A DNA stretch of 64,000 nucleotides, from contig CBDEGZ010000003.1 in assembly GCA_965238175.1 (NCBI GenBank), positions 704,001 to 768,000 of the forward strand, read 5' to 3'. The stretch comes from Gammaproteobacteria bacterium. GTDB taxonomy: Bacteria > Pseudomonadota > Gammaproteobacteria > CAJXQU01. Position 1 is the first letter of the stretch. Each line of letters begins with the position of its first letter. This document shows positions 19,196-33,653 of the stretch, piece by piece. The notes below the pieces were generated by a model. It searched no databases. It was given only the letters and a program-made list of their open reading frames with translations, and was not told the DNA's origin. The position numbers were made by a program, and so were the translations under genes.

Positions 19196-20937
19196 CCTGT
19201 ATCAGATCTTTATGGGTTCCTTCTTCGATTATTCTTCCGTCGTCAAAGACATAAGCGCGATCAGCTTGTCGGACAGCAGAAAGACGGTGTGCAATGATTA
19301 GAGTTGTCCTACCTTGCAGGAATTCACTCAAGGCATCGTGCAATTTAGATTCAGTTTCAGCATCTAGCGCTGAAGTTGCCTCATCGAGAATAACCACTTT
19401 TGGATCACCTAAAAGCATTCGAGCAATGGCAAGGCGTTGTCGCTGTCCTCCAGAAAGACGCACCCCCTGTCGGCCAACAACCGTATCTAACAGGTTTGGC
19501 ATCTCTTTAACTGTATCGATTAGTTGAGCTACTTCTAATGCTTTCCAAAGCTGATCATCATCCAACTCTCGACCTAAGGTAAGATTCATTTTCACCGTGT
19601 CATTGAAGAGGGTGGGATGTTGTAAAACCGTTGTGACATGATCACGAACTACATCAAGTCCAATTTCTGAGGTTGGGATCCCATCAAATAATATATCGCC
19701 TGAATGTGGTGTGTAGAGTCCGAGGATGACTTGAACTAATGTCGACTTGCCACCACCAGAAGCACCCACTAAAGCCACTTTATCACCAGGGTTTATGTTT
19801 AAACTAACACCATTTAAGACAGGCTCTTCACCATATGAAAAGGTAACGTCGTGGATTTCTACGCCGACAGTATGTTTCTCTGTAAATGGATTTTGATTAT
19901 GTGAATATTGTGGTTCATCTTTTAGTGAGAGTAGATTATTGATCCGTGCTAAGGCAGCATTGGCGGAGAACCAGGAGTATTGAATACCAAGTATTTCTTG
20001 TACAGGCCCCATCATAAACCATAAGTAACCAAATACAGCTAACATTTGACCTATGCTGAGATCAGAATAAACAACCATAAACATACTGATAGCGCGAAAG
20101 AGATCAAAACCAAAAAGGAAGATCAAAAAGGATGCACGACCGGCAGCATCACTTTTCCATGAAAATGCAGCTGTATGTGTGCGGATGTCGCGGGCACTTT
20201 TGGCAACGCGCGCAAGGTAATGTTTTTCACGATTGTTAGCACGGATCTGCTGAATCCCATCCAGGGTTTCTGTTAATGTTTGTTGGAAAATTTCGAAAGC
20301 AGAATTCTCTTGTCGCTTGAGTTCTTTGACTTTTTTCCCAAGCTTCATAGTGAAATAGATCACCAATGGGTTTAACAATAAAATAAATAGTGCCAGTTGC
20401 CAATGCATCCATATCAAGACCGCTGTTATACCCATCAAAGTAAGCGTTGCGACCAGAAACTTAGACAGTGCCGTACCAATAAAATCATCAATAGCATTTA
20501 AATCCGGTAATAAAATGCGACGTGACAGTACCGCTACCTAAGGTCTCATATTCCGACATAGCAATCCGTGATAGACGATCGAGCATTTGTTGCCGAATTC
20601 GATAGACAACGTCCTTAGATACAAGTGAAAAATTGCGTGCCTGCCAGACATTTAATAATACTGAGAACATGCGTAAGCAAACCGTAACAATTGAGATTGT
20701 AATAATGTAAAGGCCAGGCTGATGCAGTGAGTCAGGAAAAAAACCATCTATTAGCGTAGTTAAGGATCCAGGTTTTTCTAATAATACTTGATCGACTAAT
20801 AAAGGCATCAATAGAGGTAGTGGGACACTGGCGAGTGCAGCGACTAGTGCAATTATATTTGCCGCAATAAGCTCACGTTTATGTTCGCGAGCTATGTTTA
20901 AAATGTACGACCAGGAATATTTTTGTGGAGCTGTCAT
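19152..20937 (-). pseudogene. ABC exporter (TMD+NBD) with a single +1 frameshift near 20505
   Basis: GASGGGKST, LSGGQRQR, ILDEATS; removing one base restores HFITDLNAIDDFIG. Confidence 0.85.
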
Positions 20938-20940
20938 TGA

Positions 20941-21198
20941 TCAATTATCGTTATTTTTTTTATTTGAGTTTATTTTGATCATTGCCATTATTCCTATCAA
21001 TATCCAAACTATATTGAGCCCGACAGATGGGAGAGCTCCATAATAATAAGCATTTAAACCAATGAAAATCGCAGCGACAATATTGATGAGTTGGAAGAGG
21101 TTTGTTTGTCCTTCGATCTTGCCATTTGAGACAAGATAATAACCTGTGACGACCAGAATCATCCCGATCCAGCCACAGATGTCCAAAGCAAGTTTCAT
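20941..21198 (-). CDS. CBU_0592-like small membrane protein
   Basis: GWIG..YYL..FQLIN..LNIVW pattern, 3 TM. Confidence 0.7.
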   Translation of the reverse strand: MKLALDICGWIGMILVVTGYYLVSNGKIEGQTNLFQLINIVAAIFIGLNAYYYGALPSVGLNIVWILIGIMAMIKINSNKKNNDN

Positions 21199-21367
21199 GG
21201 TGTTCTCCCTGAGTGTTTTTTTTGATCGTTACGGATCAAGAAATTATACGTCAGAAAGAGGTAAGAATTATGTTTTTTTACTGCTATTGAGAGGTAGGGA
21301 AGAGAAATTTTACGAAAAGGTTTTCGATGGCATCAACGATTCTACTAATCAGGATCGCTTAATATTT

Positions 21368-23245
21368 TTAAGTTTTAACCATTACTTCCATCGGTTCTGT
21401 ATCTATAGCTTTTTTTTCTTCCGAGAATTTTTCCTGACTTACTGGTAGCCAGATCTGAAACTCAGTACCTTCACCGACAGTGCTTTGCACTTCGATTTTA
21501 CCATGGTGATCCTCAACAATTCCGTAAGAAAGAGAGAGACCAAGACCTGTTCCTTCACCAACAGGTTTGGTTGTAAAGAAGGGATCAAATAAATGTTTCA
21601 TATCTTTTTCTTTTATCCCTTTTCCAGAATCTTTGATGGTAATGCAAACCATATCGTCTACATGTCGGGAAGTAATGTGAATTTTACCAAAGTCTTCTAT
21701 GGCTTGAGCGGCATTTACGAGGGTATTCATAAACACTTGGTTAACTTGGGAAGGCATACATTCTATTGGCGGAAGCTCACCATAGGCTTTGGTAACCTCC
21801 GCTTTAAATTTAATCTCATTGTGAGCAACATTAAGCGTGCTATCTAGTCCCTTATGTAGATCAACGGTCTCCCATTCAGCTCTGTCCATATGAGAAAATG
21901 TTTTTAGATCGATAACAATATTTTTAACACGCTCAAGGCCTTCAGCAGACTCTTCAAGTAGAGAAATGATATCTTCCTCAATAAATTCGATTTCAATATC
22001 TTGCTTATAATCCTTAATTAGTTTCAGAATATTGGAATCACTATCGATAGTGTTTTCGAAATTGGAATACTTGGATATGAGAGTCAGTAATTGTTCAACA
22101 TATTCTTTTAATGAGCCAATGTTTGAATTAATAAACCCTATAGGATTATTAATTTCATGTGCGACACCGGCTGCAAGATTACCAATAGAGGCCATTTTTT
22201 CGGATTGTAAAAGTTGAGCTTGAGCACTTTTTAATTCGCTTATTAATTTTTCTTGCTCGTTTTTTTCTTCTTTTAAAGAAGCTTCAAGTAATTTCTGTTC
22301 TGTGATGTCGATCATGACTCCGTGCATGCACTTATTTTTTTTATCATTTTCGCTAATTGAAAAGAGATCACGGATCCAAATTGTTTCCCCATCACCTTTT
22401 AGCATCCGATATTCTATTTCTTGTTCATTAGTTAGCTCTTCAATATCGGAAAAATAATTTAATGTGGCCTTTTTATCATCTGGATGAAGGTGGTCTAACC
22501 AAAAGGATTCTTGAGTACAACTTTCCTGAGACATACCAAATACTTTTTCAACCTGAGGGCCAATATAGGTTGGGATCATCGAAGGCAATTCCATTTCCCA
22601 AGGGATGACTAGAGAACCTTCAAGCATTAAACGATAGCTTTGTTCTCTTTCTTTTAATTGTTCTTCAAACTCTACTCGCTTGGAAATATCAGTCAAGGAA
22701 CCAATAATCAAAGAGGCCTCACCAGTTTCCTCATCTGTTATTATCTGTAGAGTGTTATGCATCCATAAATAAGAACCATCTTTTTTCTTGAAACGAAGAT
22801 CGTAATGTTGTTTTTTTTCTTCCCATAAAAATGGTAGCCTAGAAAACATTTCCATACGATCATCAGGATGGATATGATCAAACCAGAAATCGGCCTCTTC
22901 TAATACTTCAGAAACTTCATGGCCAAGAATTTTTTTGATGGTTTGGTTAATGTAGGTAATCCTGAAATCACCTGACGCAACACTGGCATAGGTAATAGCA
23001 GGAGTATTGTCGATCAGTTGACGGAGTTCCTCAGTGCTGGTCGTTTGATCATTACCAGATTGACCTTCGATGGAATGCTCTTCAGCAGTTAGAACACCAG
23101 GAAGACTTTTCTCTTTATCTAACTGTGCTGTAACAAGTTCGAGGATCGTAATGGCATCACTTTTGACTTCGAGAGAAACGGGATCCTGACAAAGGTCATT
23201 CAGTAATAAAATCTGAGATTTTATGCGCTCTAAATTATCGGTCAT
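21368..23245 (-). CDS. PAS-PAS sensor histidine kinase
   Basis: HIHPDD PAS_3 repeats; QSEKMASIGNLAAGVAHEINNP; FFTTKPVGEGTGLGL. Confidence 0.93.
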   Translation of the reverse strand: MTDNLERIKSQILLLNDLCQDPVSLEVKSDAITILELVTAQLDKEKSLPGVLTAEEHSIEGQSGNDQTTSTEELRQLIDNTPAITYASVASGDFRITYINQTIKKILGHEVSEVLEEADFWFDHIHPDDRMEMFSRLPFLWEEKKQHYDLRFKKKDGSYLWMHNTLQIITDEETGEASLIIGSLTDISKRVEFEEQLKEREQSYRLMLEGSLVIPWEMELPSMIPTYIGPQVEKVFGMSQESCTQESFWLDHLHPDDKKATLNYFSDIEELTNEQEIEYRMLKGDGETIWIRDLFSISENDKKNKCMHGVMIDITEQKLLEASLKEEKNEQEKLISELKSAQAQLLQSEKMASIGNLAAGVAHEINNPIGFINSNIGSLKEYVEQLLTLISKYSNFENTIDSDSNILKLIKDYKQDIEIEFIEEDIISLLEESAEGLERVKNIVIDLKTFSHMDRAEWETVDLHKGLDSTLNVAHNEIKFKAEVTKAYGELPPIECMPSQVNQVFMNTLVNAAQAIEDFGKIHITSRHVDDMVCITIKDSGKGIKEKDMKHLFDPFFTTKPVGEGTGLGLSLSYGIVEDHHGKIEVQSTVGEGTEFQIWLPVSQEKFSEEKKAIDTEPMEVMVKT

Positions 23246-23269
23246 TTTTAATCCTCAACTTGTCTCTAG

Positions 23270-24643
23270 TTATTTTTCCTTATTATTTTCAAGTTCTGCT
23301 TTTACATAAAAGATGATGGCTTTCTCTGAACTTTTATCAAACTCGTACATTTTTTCTATGACTTTTTCGGTTAATTCATGACCTTTTCGTATAAGACAGA
23401 CACCTTCTCTATATTCAATGTCCCGAGTTACAAACATGCCAGGTACTAGATCATCAAGAGTTAATTTTAATTCTGAGACGTAGCTTGCCTGCCCAATACT
23501 CTGATTAAGTACATATTCCAACGCTTTAATGCAATTAGGGTCATACCGTTTTTCAGAATTTTTTTCGATAAAAGCTCTTGCTTCATCTTGGTTGAATTGT
23601 TCACCTAGAAATATTCCAGTTTGTAAGTCATCAAAATCACGAGCAACAGCGAGTATTCTTGAGCCAGAAGGAATTTTTATCCCAAACATTTCTTCTGGAA
23701 ATCCTTTGCCATCAAAACGTTCATTTTGCGAACGAATGATTTTTCCAACTTCAGTCAAAGTATCTATGGGAGCAAGTACCGCCTGCCCAATGATTGGATA
23801 GTTGTGGTATTCAATCAGCTCTTCTTCTGTCAATGAGTTGTAGGGTGTTTTTATTAAATGATCACTTAAACCTAGTTTGCCTATTTTGTGTAGTAAGGCG
23901 GCATTATAAATATTGGTTTGTTGATCTTCGTCGAGTTTAACAACCTTGGCCATATGTTTAGCGAGTTCTGCTATACGTACACTGCTACCCGCTGCAAGAC
24001 CTTCTCGTAATTCGATCAGTTTCGCAAAGATAGGAATTGTTTCTTGATGGCTGTGCTCTAGTTGTTTGTGTGCAATTTCTAAAAACTGACTAGCTTGTCT
24101 AATTTCTTCTGTGCGTTCTTCGACTTTTAGCTCAAGCGATTTGTTCAGATTAGCGAGTTCTGCATTTTGTTTTTCGGAGAGTTTTTGCAGACGTTCTTTT
24201 TCACGTTTAATAAATTGTTGTTCAAGACCTTGCTCAACGACCATGCGGAGTTCATGGTCATCCCATGGTTTACTAATGTACCGATATATTCCCCCGTCAT
24301 TTACGGCAGAAATTGTGGAGGTTATATCAGCATAACCTGTCAGTAATACACGGATTATATCTGGCCACTTTTTAGCAACTATAGATAGAAACTCTGCGCC
24401 ATCCATTTCGGGCATACGCATATCTGAGATAATAAAATCCACATGGTTTTTTTCAATAATTTCAATGCCTTGAGCACCACTCTCAGCAAGGATTATATTG
24501 TACCCATTTTTTCTAAGAAGGCGTCGCAAGGAGGAAAGAATACTTTTCTCATCATCCACACACAGTATGGTAGCAACGCGTTTTTCATCATCACTTGGAG
24601 TTTCATTTTCGACTTGTTTCTCTTCGACTATTTCATCCTGCAT
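23270..24643 (-). CDS. Response regulator with degenerate HD-GYP-like domain
   Basis: REC domain (VDDE, ISDMRMP, KPW); LLHKIGK, RSQNERFDGKGFP. Confidence 0.88.
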   Translation of the reverse strand: MQDEIVEEKQVENETPSDDEKRVATILCVDDEKSILSSLRRLLRKNGYNIILAESGAQGIEIIEKNHVDFIISDMRMPEMDGAEFLSIVAKKWPDIIRVLLTGYADITSTISAVNDGGIYRYISKPWDDHELRMVVEQGLEQQFIKREKERLQKLSEKQNAELANLNKSLELKVEERTEEIRQASQFLEIAHKQLEHSHQETIPIFAKLIELREGLAAGSSVRIAELAKHMAKVVKLDEDQQTNIYNAALLHKIGKLGLSDHLIKTPYNSLTEEELIEYHNYPIIGQAVLAPIDTLTEVGKIIRSQNERFDGKGFPEEMFGIKIPSGSRILAVARDFDDLQTGIFLGEQFNQDEARAFIEKNSEKRYDPNCIKALEYVLNQSIGQASYVSELKLTLDDLVPGMFVTRDIEYREGVCLIRKGHELTEKVIEKMYEFDKSSEKAIIFYVKAELENNKEK

Positions 24644-24899
24644 TAAGCCTACCTCATAAACGGTAAAGAGTTTTATCTGTACTGATATCGGCTAAATGCA
24701 TAAATACTTAAGAATTGCATATACAATTTTAAGGGTGTGTTAACAAAAATAATTATAAAATGTTGTTGGAAGGTATCAGTTCTCCATCAATGTGGATGCT
24801 AAGCTTTGTTGCCTTTATTCTTTACATATTTCACATTTTCTTGTAGTAACCTATTCACAGATCTGTTTTCAGTTTAATTTTTTTGAAACGTACTTAATT

Positions 24900-25562
24900 A
24901 TGGCTAACAAAACTATTTCGTTTGATGAGAATCTATACATATATTTTCAGCAGCATGCATTTAGAGAAGATGACCTGTTGAGAGAGTTGCGTCAGGAAAC
25001 TGCTAAATTACCGGAAGCGGAAATGCAGATTTCACCAGAACAAGGCGCTTTTATGTCGATACTAGTAAAATTGATTGGTTGTAAAAACATTATTGAAATT
25101 GGAACTTTTACTGGATATAGCAGTTTATGTATGGCGCGATCTTTACCAGAAGATGGCAACTTGATCGCATTAGATATAAGCGATAAATGGACGTCCATAG
25201 CAAAAGGATATTGGGAAAAAGCCAACGTTGATCATCTTATTGATTTACGTTTAGGTTCGGCAGTCGTGTTGTTAAAGGAAATGATTGATGATCAAAAGCG
25301 AGAAACGATAGATTTGATCTTTATTGACGCTGATAAAGAGGCTTATCTAGATTATTTTGAGTTAGGCCTGACATTACTAAGACTTGGTGGTGCAATGTTG
25401 TTTGATAATGTGCTTTGGGGTGGAGCTGTTGCAGATGAATCTGATCAAACACCCAGTACCGTAGCAATCAGAAATTTAAACGATGCCTTGTTGAAAGATC
25501 AACGCATTGAAATGTGTATGACGCCCATCGGCGATGGGCTAACCATTATCCGCAAGAGATAG
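24900..25562 (+). CDS. O-methyltransferase (caffeoyl-CoA OMT family)
   Basis: MQISPEQG, EIGTFTGYS, FIDADK, DNVLWGG. Confidence 0.92.
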   Translation: MANKTISFDENLYIYFQQHAFREDDLLRELRQETAKLPEAEMQISPEQGAFMSILVKLIGCKNIIEIGTFTGYSSLCMARSLPEDGNLIALDISDKWTSIAKGYWEKANVDHLIDLRLGSAVVLLKEMIDDQKRETIDLIFIDADKEAYLDYFELGLTLLRLGGAMLFDNVLWGGAVADESDQTPSTVAIRNLNDALLKDQRIEMCMTPIGDGLTIIRKR

Positions 25563-25724
25563 GCAACAAAATTAGAACTCAAATTTATTCCAGATTACTA
25601 ACTAATAACTATGAATTTTGATAATTAAGTTAATTTTTAAATGACCGATATAGCGAGAACAAAAGGAGTTTTGTCAGCAGGTTAAAAGGATTTAACTATT
25701 TTCTCGATAAAATCGGAGATCCTC

Positions 25725-26447
25725 ATGAAATTGGCAAAAAAAGTTTTGGTTGTGGGTTTGTTAGGTGTTCTCAGTGTGCTCAGTTTTCAGTCCCAGGCAG
25801 CGGGGTTAAAGGCCGGTGACTGGATTGTGCGTGGCCGTGTTATCCATGTACATCCTACGGTTGGTAGTGACGAAGTTGAAGTTCCTGCACTTGGTGGCTA
25901 TGTTACAGGTAGCGGAGTGGATGTTAATAACAGTACTGTACCTGAACTAGATATCACTTACATGTTGTCACCAAATTGGGGACTTGAATTAATTCTTGCT
26001 ACATCTCAACATGATGTTAATCCAGAAGGTTCTGCTTTAATAACCGCGCTTGATGCCCTGCCTCCTGCAGGCACCGGCAGTCACGATGCCATTGATGCGT
26101 GGGCATTACCACCGACTCTATTGCTCCAGTACCATTTCGCACCTGAATCTAATATTCGACCTTACATGGGGTTAGGTCTGAACTATACGATTTTTTATAA
26201 AGAAAAAGTTGAAGGTCCACTGGATATTCCCGGAGCTGATGTGAATATGCGCCAATCATTTGGACTGGCTGCGCAATTTGGTATGGACATTGATTTGGGA
26301 GACAGTGGCTGGTTCGCAAACATTGATTTGAAATATATTGATATGGATACCACAGCAGAGTTCCGTGGAACTCCAGTTGGAGATGTTAATGTCCATGTTG
26401 ATATTGATCCGATTATTTTCGGGATTGGAATTGGTTGGCATTTTTAA
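25725..26447 (+). CDS. ompW: OmpW family outer-membrane protein
   Basis: Signal peptide; LPPTLLLQYHF, RPYMGLGLNY. Confidence 0.92.
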   Translation: MKLAKKVLVVGLLGVLSVLSFQSQAAGLKAGDWIVRGRVIHVHPTVGSDEVEVPALGGYVTGSGVDVNNSTVPELDITYMLSPNWGLELILATSQHDVNPEGSALITALDALPPAGTGSHDAIDAWALPPTLLLQYHFAPESNIRPYMGLGLNYTIFYKEKVEGPLDIPGADVNMRQSFGLAAQFGMDIDLGDSGWFANIDLKYIDMDTTAEFRGTPVGDVNVHVDIDPIIFGIGIGWHF

Positions 26448-26608
26448 GTAGTTTCTTTCTAGATAGAGGTAGAAACTATTTTTACTTCTATCCTAAAACA
26501 ATTGTTCTACCGTAGTAAAAATAATCTTTAAAAATATTCAGGCTTGCTCTTAGATCAAGATATGCATAGTATTTCTGTGTGTTAACTTTTAATCTAGGGT
26601 AAGTTCCT

Positions 26609-27478
26609 ATGTTCCTTCCACCGGCTAATGATTTCACAGTTCCTTTTGATCAAACATTTAAAATTTCTAATGTGAAGACTTCGCCATTAGAAAGTGTTGA
26701 TTCGGATGATCTGAAGAAAGAGCTTAATAAATTAACCAAATCGATGAATGATCTACAGCAGACTCTGTATGCACATGACAAGTACTCGATGTTACTAATT
26801 TTTCAGGCAATGGATGCGGCTGGAAAGGATGGAACAATCCGCGCAGTGCTAAGCGGAATTAACCCTGCCGGTTGTCAGGTTTTTTCATTTAAGCAACCCA
26901 GTAGTTTAGAGCTTGATCATGACTTTCTCTGGCGCTCGGCAAAGCGTTTACCAGAACGTGGCAGGATAGGTGTTTTTAACCGTAGCTACTACGAAGAAGT
27001 ATTGGTTGTAAAAGTACATCCAGAATATTTAGGTAGTCAAAAATTACCCGACTGTGTAGATCCTAACACTATTTGGAAACAACGCTATGAATCCATCTGT
27101 GATCATGAAAAACACCTTGCTCGAAATGGAACAGTCGTTCTAAAGTTTTGGTTAAATGTTTCAAAAGACGAGCAGAAGGAGCGCTTTCTTTCTCGGCTCA
27201 ATGAGCCAGAAAAAAACTGGAAGTTTTCTTCTACAGATATCAAAGAACGTGGCTATTGGGATCAGTATATGGCAGCCTATGAAGAACTATTGAATAAGAC
27301 ATCGAAACCATGGGCGCCATGGTATGCGATCCCGGCAGATAATAAAAAATGGATGCGTACCCAGATAGCAAGCATTGTAAAAGAGACACTTGAGTTGTTA
27401 GAAATTGATTATCCTGAAGTGAGTGACAAAGAGAAAATAAAATTTGATGAAATGCGAGAACTTTTGTGGAGTGAATAG
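26609..27478 (+). CDS. ppk2: Polyphosphate kinase 2 family protein
   Basis: QAMDAAGKDG, FNRSYYE, APWYAIPADNK. Confidence 0.92.
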   Translation: MFLPPANDFTVPFDQTFKISNVKTSPLESVDSDDLKKELNKLTKSMNDLQQTLYAHDKYSMLLIFQAMDAAGKDGTIRAVLSGINPAGCQVFSFKQPSSLELDHDFLWRSAKRLPERGRIGVFNRSYYEEVLVVKVHPEYLGSQKLPDCVDPNTIWKQRYESICDHEKHLARNGTVVLKFWLNVSKDEQKERFLSRLNEPEKNWKFSSTDIKERGYWDQYMAAYEELLNKTSKPWAPWYAIPADNKKWMRTQIASIVKETLELLEIDYPEVSDKEKIKFDEMRELLWSE

Positions 27479-27689
27479 TTTGCTGAATGAATAGACAGAA
27501 CGAATAAAAAGGCGGGAAAAAGGGATTTTCCCGCAATAGAACAACACAACAAGAGGTGAAGCTAAATTCTTTAAAATATGGAAGAATTATAGATTTTCTT
27601 AGATGAATGAAATATGAATCATCTAATGAATGAGTGATATTATTTGAGAAAAAACTCTCAGCTAAAAATATCTTTAAATCCGATAGTTG

Positions 27690-28010
27690 TTCCGGATTGA
27701 GTGATGTTGTCATAACCTGAAAATTTTGACTTAGACAGCTAAGATAAAGAAGTTTTGAATGGTGTGTTTTGTAGCAACGCCTTTATTGAACAATTTTTGG
27801 ATCTTCAATACTATTTGAGAACGGTCAGACAAGAATGTTCCCATACAAGCGGAATAAGGTAAGACCAAACTTATCTGCCATGGGCGCTATTCCGAACCCT
27901 GTATCTACCGCCATATGGGTAAATTCTTCTGTTTGGTAATCTGTAACTCTATTTGTTCGATATGCTCGTCAAAATTGAGTTTGATATCCATAATATCAAA
28001 TAACAACCAA
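27690..28010 (-). pseudogene. Eroded PBP-like (molybdate/tungstate-binding) domain, probably from a regulator
   Basis: Fragments LLFD..DYQTEEFTHMAV..DTGFGIAPMADKFGL..IPLVWE..SGYD across frameshifts and stops. Confidence 0.55.
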
Positions 28011-28325
28011 AGCAATATGTAATAACAATAATTACTTGAGATAGAAATGCTAAAAAAATAATTATTACCTTTGGCCGTACCCTCGTAATCACTAGTTTAA
28101 TTTCGCTAATATTAAGTTTGCCAGCAACTTTAGCGTTTGAAGGGGCTTGCTTGTGCTTTTAGAAGTATTGCATGCAGATGGGACATTGATCGATGAAAAA
28201 TACAACGCAATTTTGAAATTGACTAAATCTGATCAGGAAGAAAAAATTTCTCCAACTGAATCATCACAACAAATCTCAAAACAAGCGCCGCCAACAAAAA
28301 TAACAACGAAAGGGAAATAAAAAAT

Positions 28326-29150
28326 ATGAAAAAAATTATAGTAAAAACTTTAACACTCCTGTTTTTAACTGGGACGTTTATATCTGTTTCTGCTGAAGAA
28401 AGATTACGAATGGCGACAACAACCAGTACAGAGAATACTGGATTACTCGCGGTTTTGAACCCTGCGTTTGAGCAACAAACAGGGATAAAACTTGATGTAA
28501 TTGCGGTTGGTACTGGAAAAGCGATCAAGTTAGCGGAAAACGGAGATGTGGATTTGATCCTGGTTCATGCGCCGATTGCAGAAAAGAAATTCGTTGAAGT
28601 TGGATATGGAATTGATCGAAAAGCCGTGATGCATAATGACTTCGTATTAATTGGTCCAGAAACAGATCCTGCCAATGTAAAACAGGCATGTTTATTGAAA
28701 GAAGCAATGCAGAGTATTTTTAAATCAGAAGCTACATTTATTTCACGTGGAGACGATTCCGGAACACATAAAAAAGAACGCGCCATATGGAAATTAGCCG
28801 AGTTAGAACCTGACGGAAACTGGTATCTCGCAGTAGGACAAGGCATGGGAGCTGTGCTAAAGATTGCAAATGATAAGCAAGCTTATACCTTGACAGATAG
28901 AGGAACCTGGCTCGCTTACCGTGATAAGTTGGAGTTGGAAATTGTAAGTGAAGGCGATCCTGTTTTGTTTAATCCATATCATGTGATTGCAGTGAACCCA
29001 ACACAACACGCGCATGCAAAATATAAACTAGCATCAGAATATATATACTTTATTACTAGCAAAGAAGGTCAGATGTTAATACAAAATTTTAAAGTTAAAG
29101 GCGAGCAACTATTCTATCCTCATGGTTATGCTTTAGAATACCCCTTATAG
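28326..29150 (+). CDS. tupA: Tungstate ABC transporter substrate-binding protein
   Basis: ATTTSTENTGLL, VGTGKA, FISRGDDSGTH, YTLTDRGTW. Confidence 0.9.
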   Translation: MKKIIVKTLTLLFLTGTFISVSAEERLRMATTTSTENTGLLAVLNPAFEQQTGIKLDVIAVGTGKAIKLAENGDVDLILVHAPIAEKKFVEVGYGIDRKAVMHNDFVLIGPETDPANVKQACLLKEAMQSIFKSEATFISRGDDSGTHKKERAIWKLAELEPDGNWYLAVGQGMGAVLKIANDKQAYTLTDRGTWLAYRDKLELEIVSEGDPVLFNPYHVIAVNPTQHAHAKYKLASEYIYFITSKEGQMLIQNFKVKGEQLFYPHGYALEYPL

Positions 29151-29394
29151 TTCTGGTTTGAATCCAATAGAGCACAAATGAGCATAAGTTAAGGGGGAGC
29201 AGATGAAAAGAACGGTGTGATGTAGATGTTCTATTCAACAAACACATGGATTATGCCAATTTATATTGTCAGTTACAGCTTCATTCTTAAAGCATCCTCA
29301 GAGAATGTGGGCTTCAAGTTGATTCATAAAAGTAGCTACTGTTACAAGCCTGGGTTCTGAAGGATTGAAAAACATAGTTTAATTTAGTGATTAG

Positions 29395-30438
29395 TCACAA
29401 AGCCTTTAACAAATTCTGATCAAGCCGAACGCCCGACATGCGCATACAAAGCCAGGTGGTTTCTGTCCATGTATCGGCGTTTTTGATCTGGCTGGCGCCT
29501 TTGAGGGTTTGTTCGAGTTTGGCCGCAGATTTGATCAGCATTTGCAGGCCGCGAGGTTTGTGTCTTTGTAGTGCATTTCTGATCAGGTTGGTTCGGTTCG
29601 ACCAGACGCGATGTTTTTGCATAACATTTTCGATACGATCACCTGTAGCAATGTCTTTAGCCATTTTATACAGGTTATGCAGTTCGCGGCTGAGTGCCCA
29701 ATGAACAATAATCGGTTCCAGTCCTTCGTTGCGTAACCCATCAAGAATTCTGATCGCACGATCTGATTGTCCTTCTAAAATAGCATCAGTCAATTTGAAA
29801 ACATCGTAACGACTGCTGTCGCCAACGGTCATTACATCATCAAGTTCGAGTTTTATTTTGTCAGTCAATAATAAGATGATCTCGATTTCTTGACTGGCAG
29901 CGAGCATGTTGCCTTCAACATTGTCGGCAATATAAGTCGCGGCATCGCGAGTGATCTGACGACCACGATCGGAAAAACGTTTTATGATCCATTGTGGTAG
30001 TGCCTTTACATCCACAGGCCAGATCTGAACAATCGTGCCGGCGTTTTCGAGAGCTTTGAACCATTTTGCTTTTTGACTTTGAGATTCGATTTTGTTGGTA
30101 GTGATCAATAATAAAGTATTTTGCGGCGGTTTCCCGGAATATTCGACTAAAGCTTTACCACCTTTGATGCCTGGTTTGGATGAGCCAAGTCGTAATTCAA
30201 TCAAACGTTGTGAAGCGAAAAGTGAGAGAGTGTCGGCTTCTTGAAAGAGTGAATTCCAGTCGAAGTTTTTACTGACTTCGAGAATGGTGCGTTCATCAAA
30301 ACCCTGTTGTTTTGCTGTATTTCGGATTGTGTCACTGGCTTCCATCATTTGTAATGGCTCGTCGCCAGTGATCAAATAAATGGGTGATAAATTTCCGCCA
30401 GATAAGTTTGTACCGAGTTGTTCTGGCCGGAGTTTCAT
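29395..30438 (-). CDS. holA: DNA polymerase III delta subunit
   Basis: YLITGDEPL, EGNMLAASQEI; leuS-lptE-holA synteny. Confidence 0.95.
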   Translation of the reverse strand: MKLRPEQLGTNLSGGNLSPIYLITGDEPLQMMEASDTIRNTAKQQGFDERTILEVSKNFDWNSLFQEADTLSLFASQRLIELRLGSSKPGIKGGKALVEYSGKPPQNTLLLITTNKIESQSQKAKWFKALENAGTIVQIWPVDVKALPQWIIKRFSDRGRQITRDAATYIADNVEGNMLAASQEIEIILLLTDKIKLELDDVMTVGDSSRYDVFKLTDAILEGQSDRAIRILDGLRNEGLEPIIVHWALSRELHNLYKMAKDIATGDRIENVMQKHRVWSNRTNLIRNALQRHKPRGLQMLIKSAAKLEQTLKGASQIKNADTWTETTWLCMRMSGVRLDQNLLKAL

Positions 30439-30473
30439 CTACCTTGGCGAACCAAACGACTGTTTATACGCAT

Positions 30474-33643
<3,170 letters not shown>

Positions 33644-33653
33644 TTACTTATAG

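Noticed and set aside
27240-27713. 157-aa minus-strand ORF
   Set aside because: Half is antisense to ppk2 and the rest is low-complexity AT-rich sequence.
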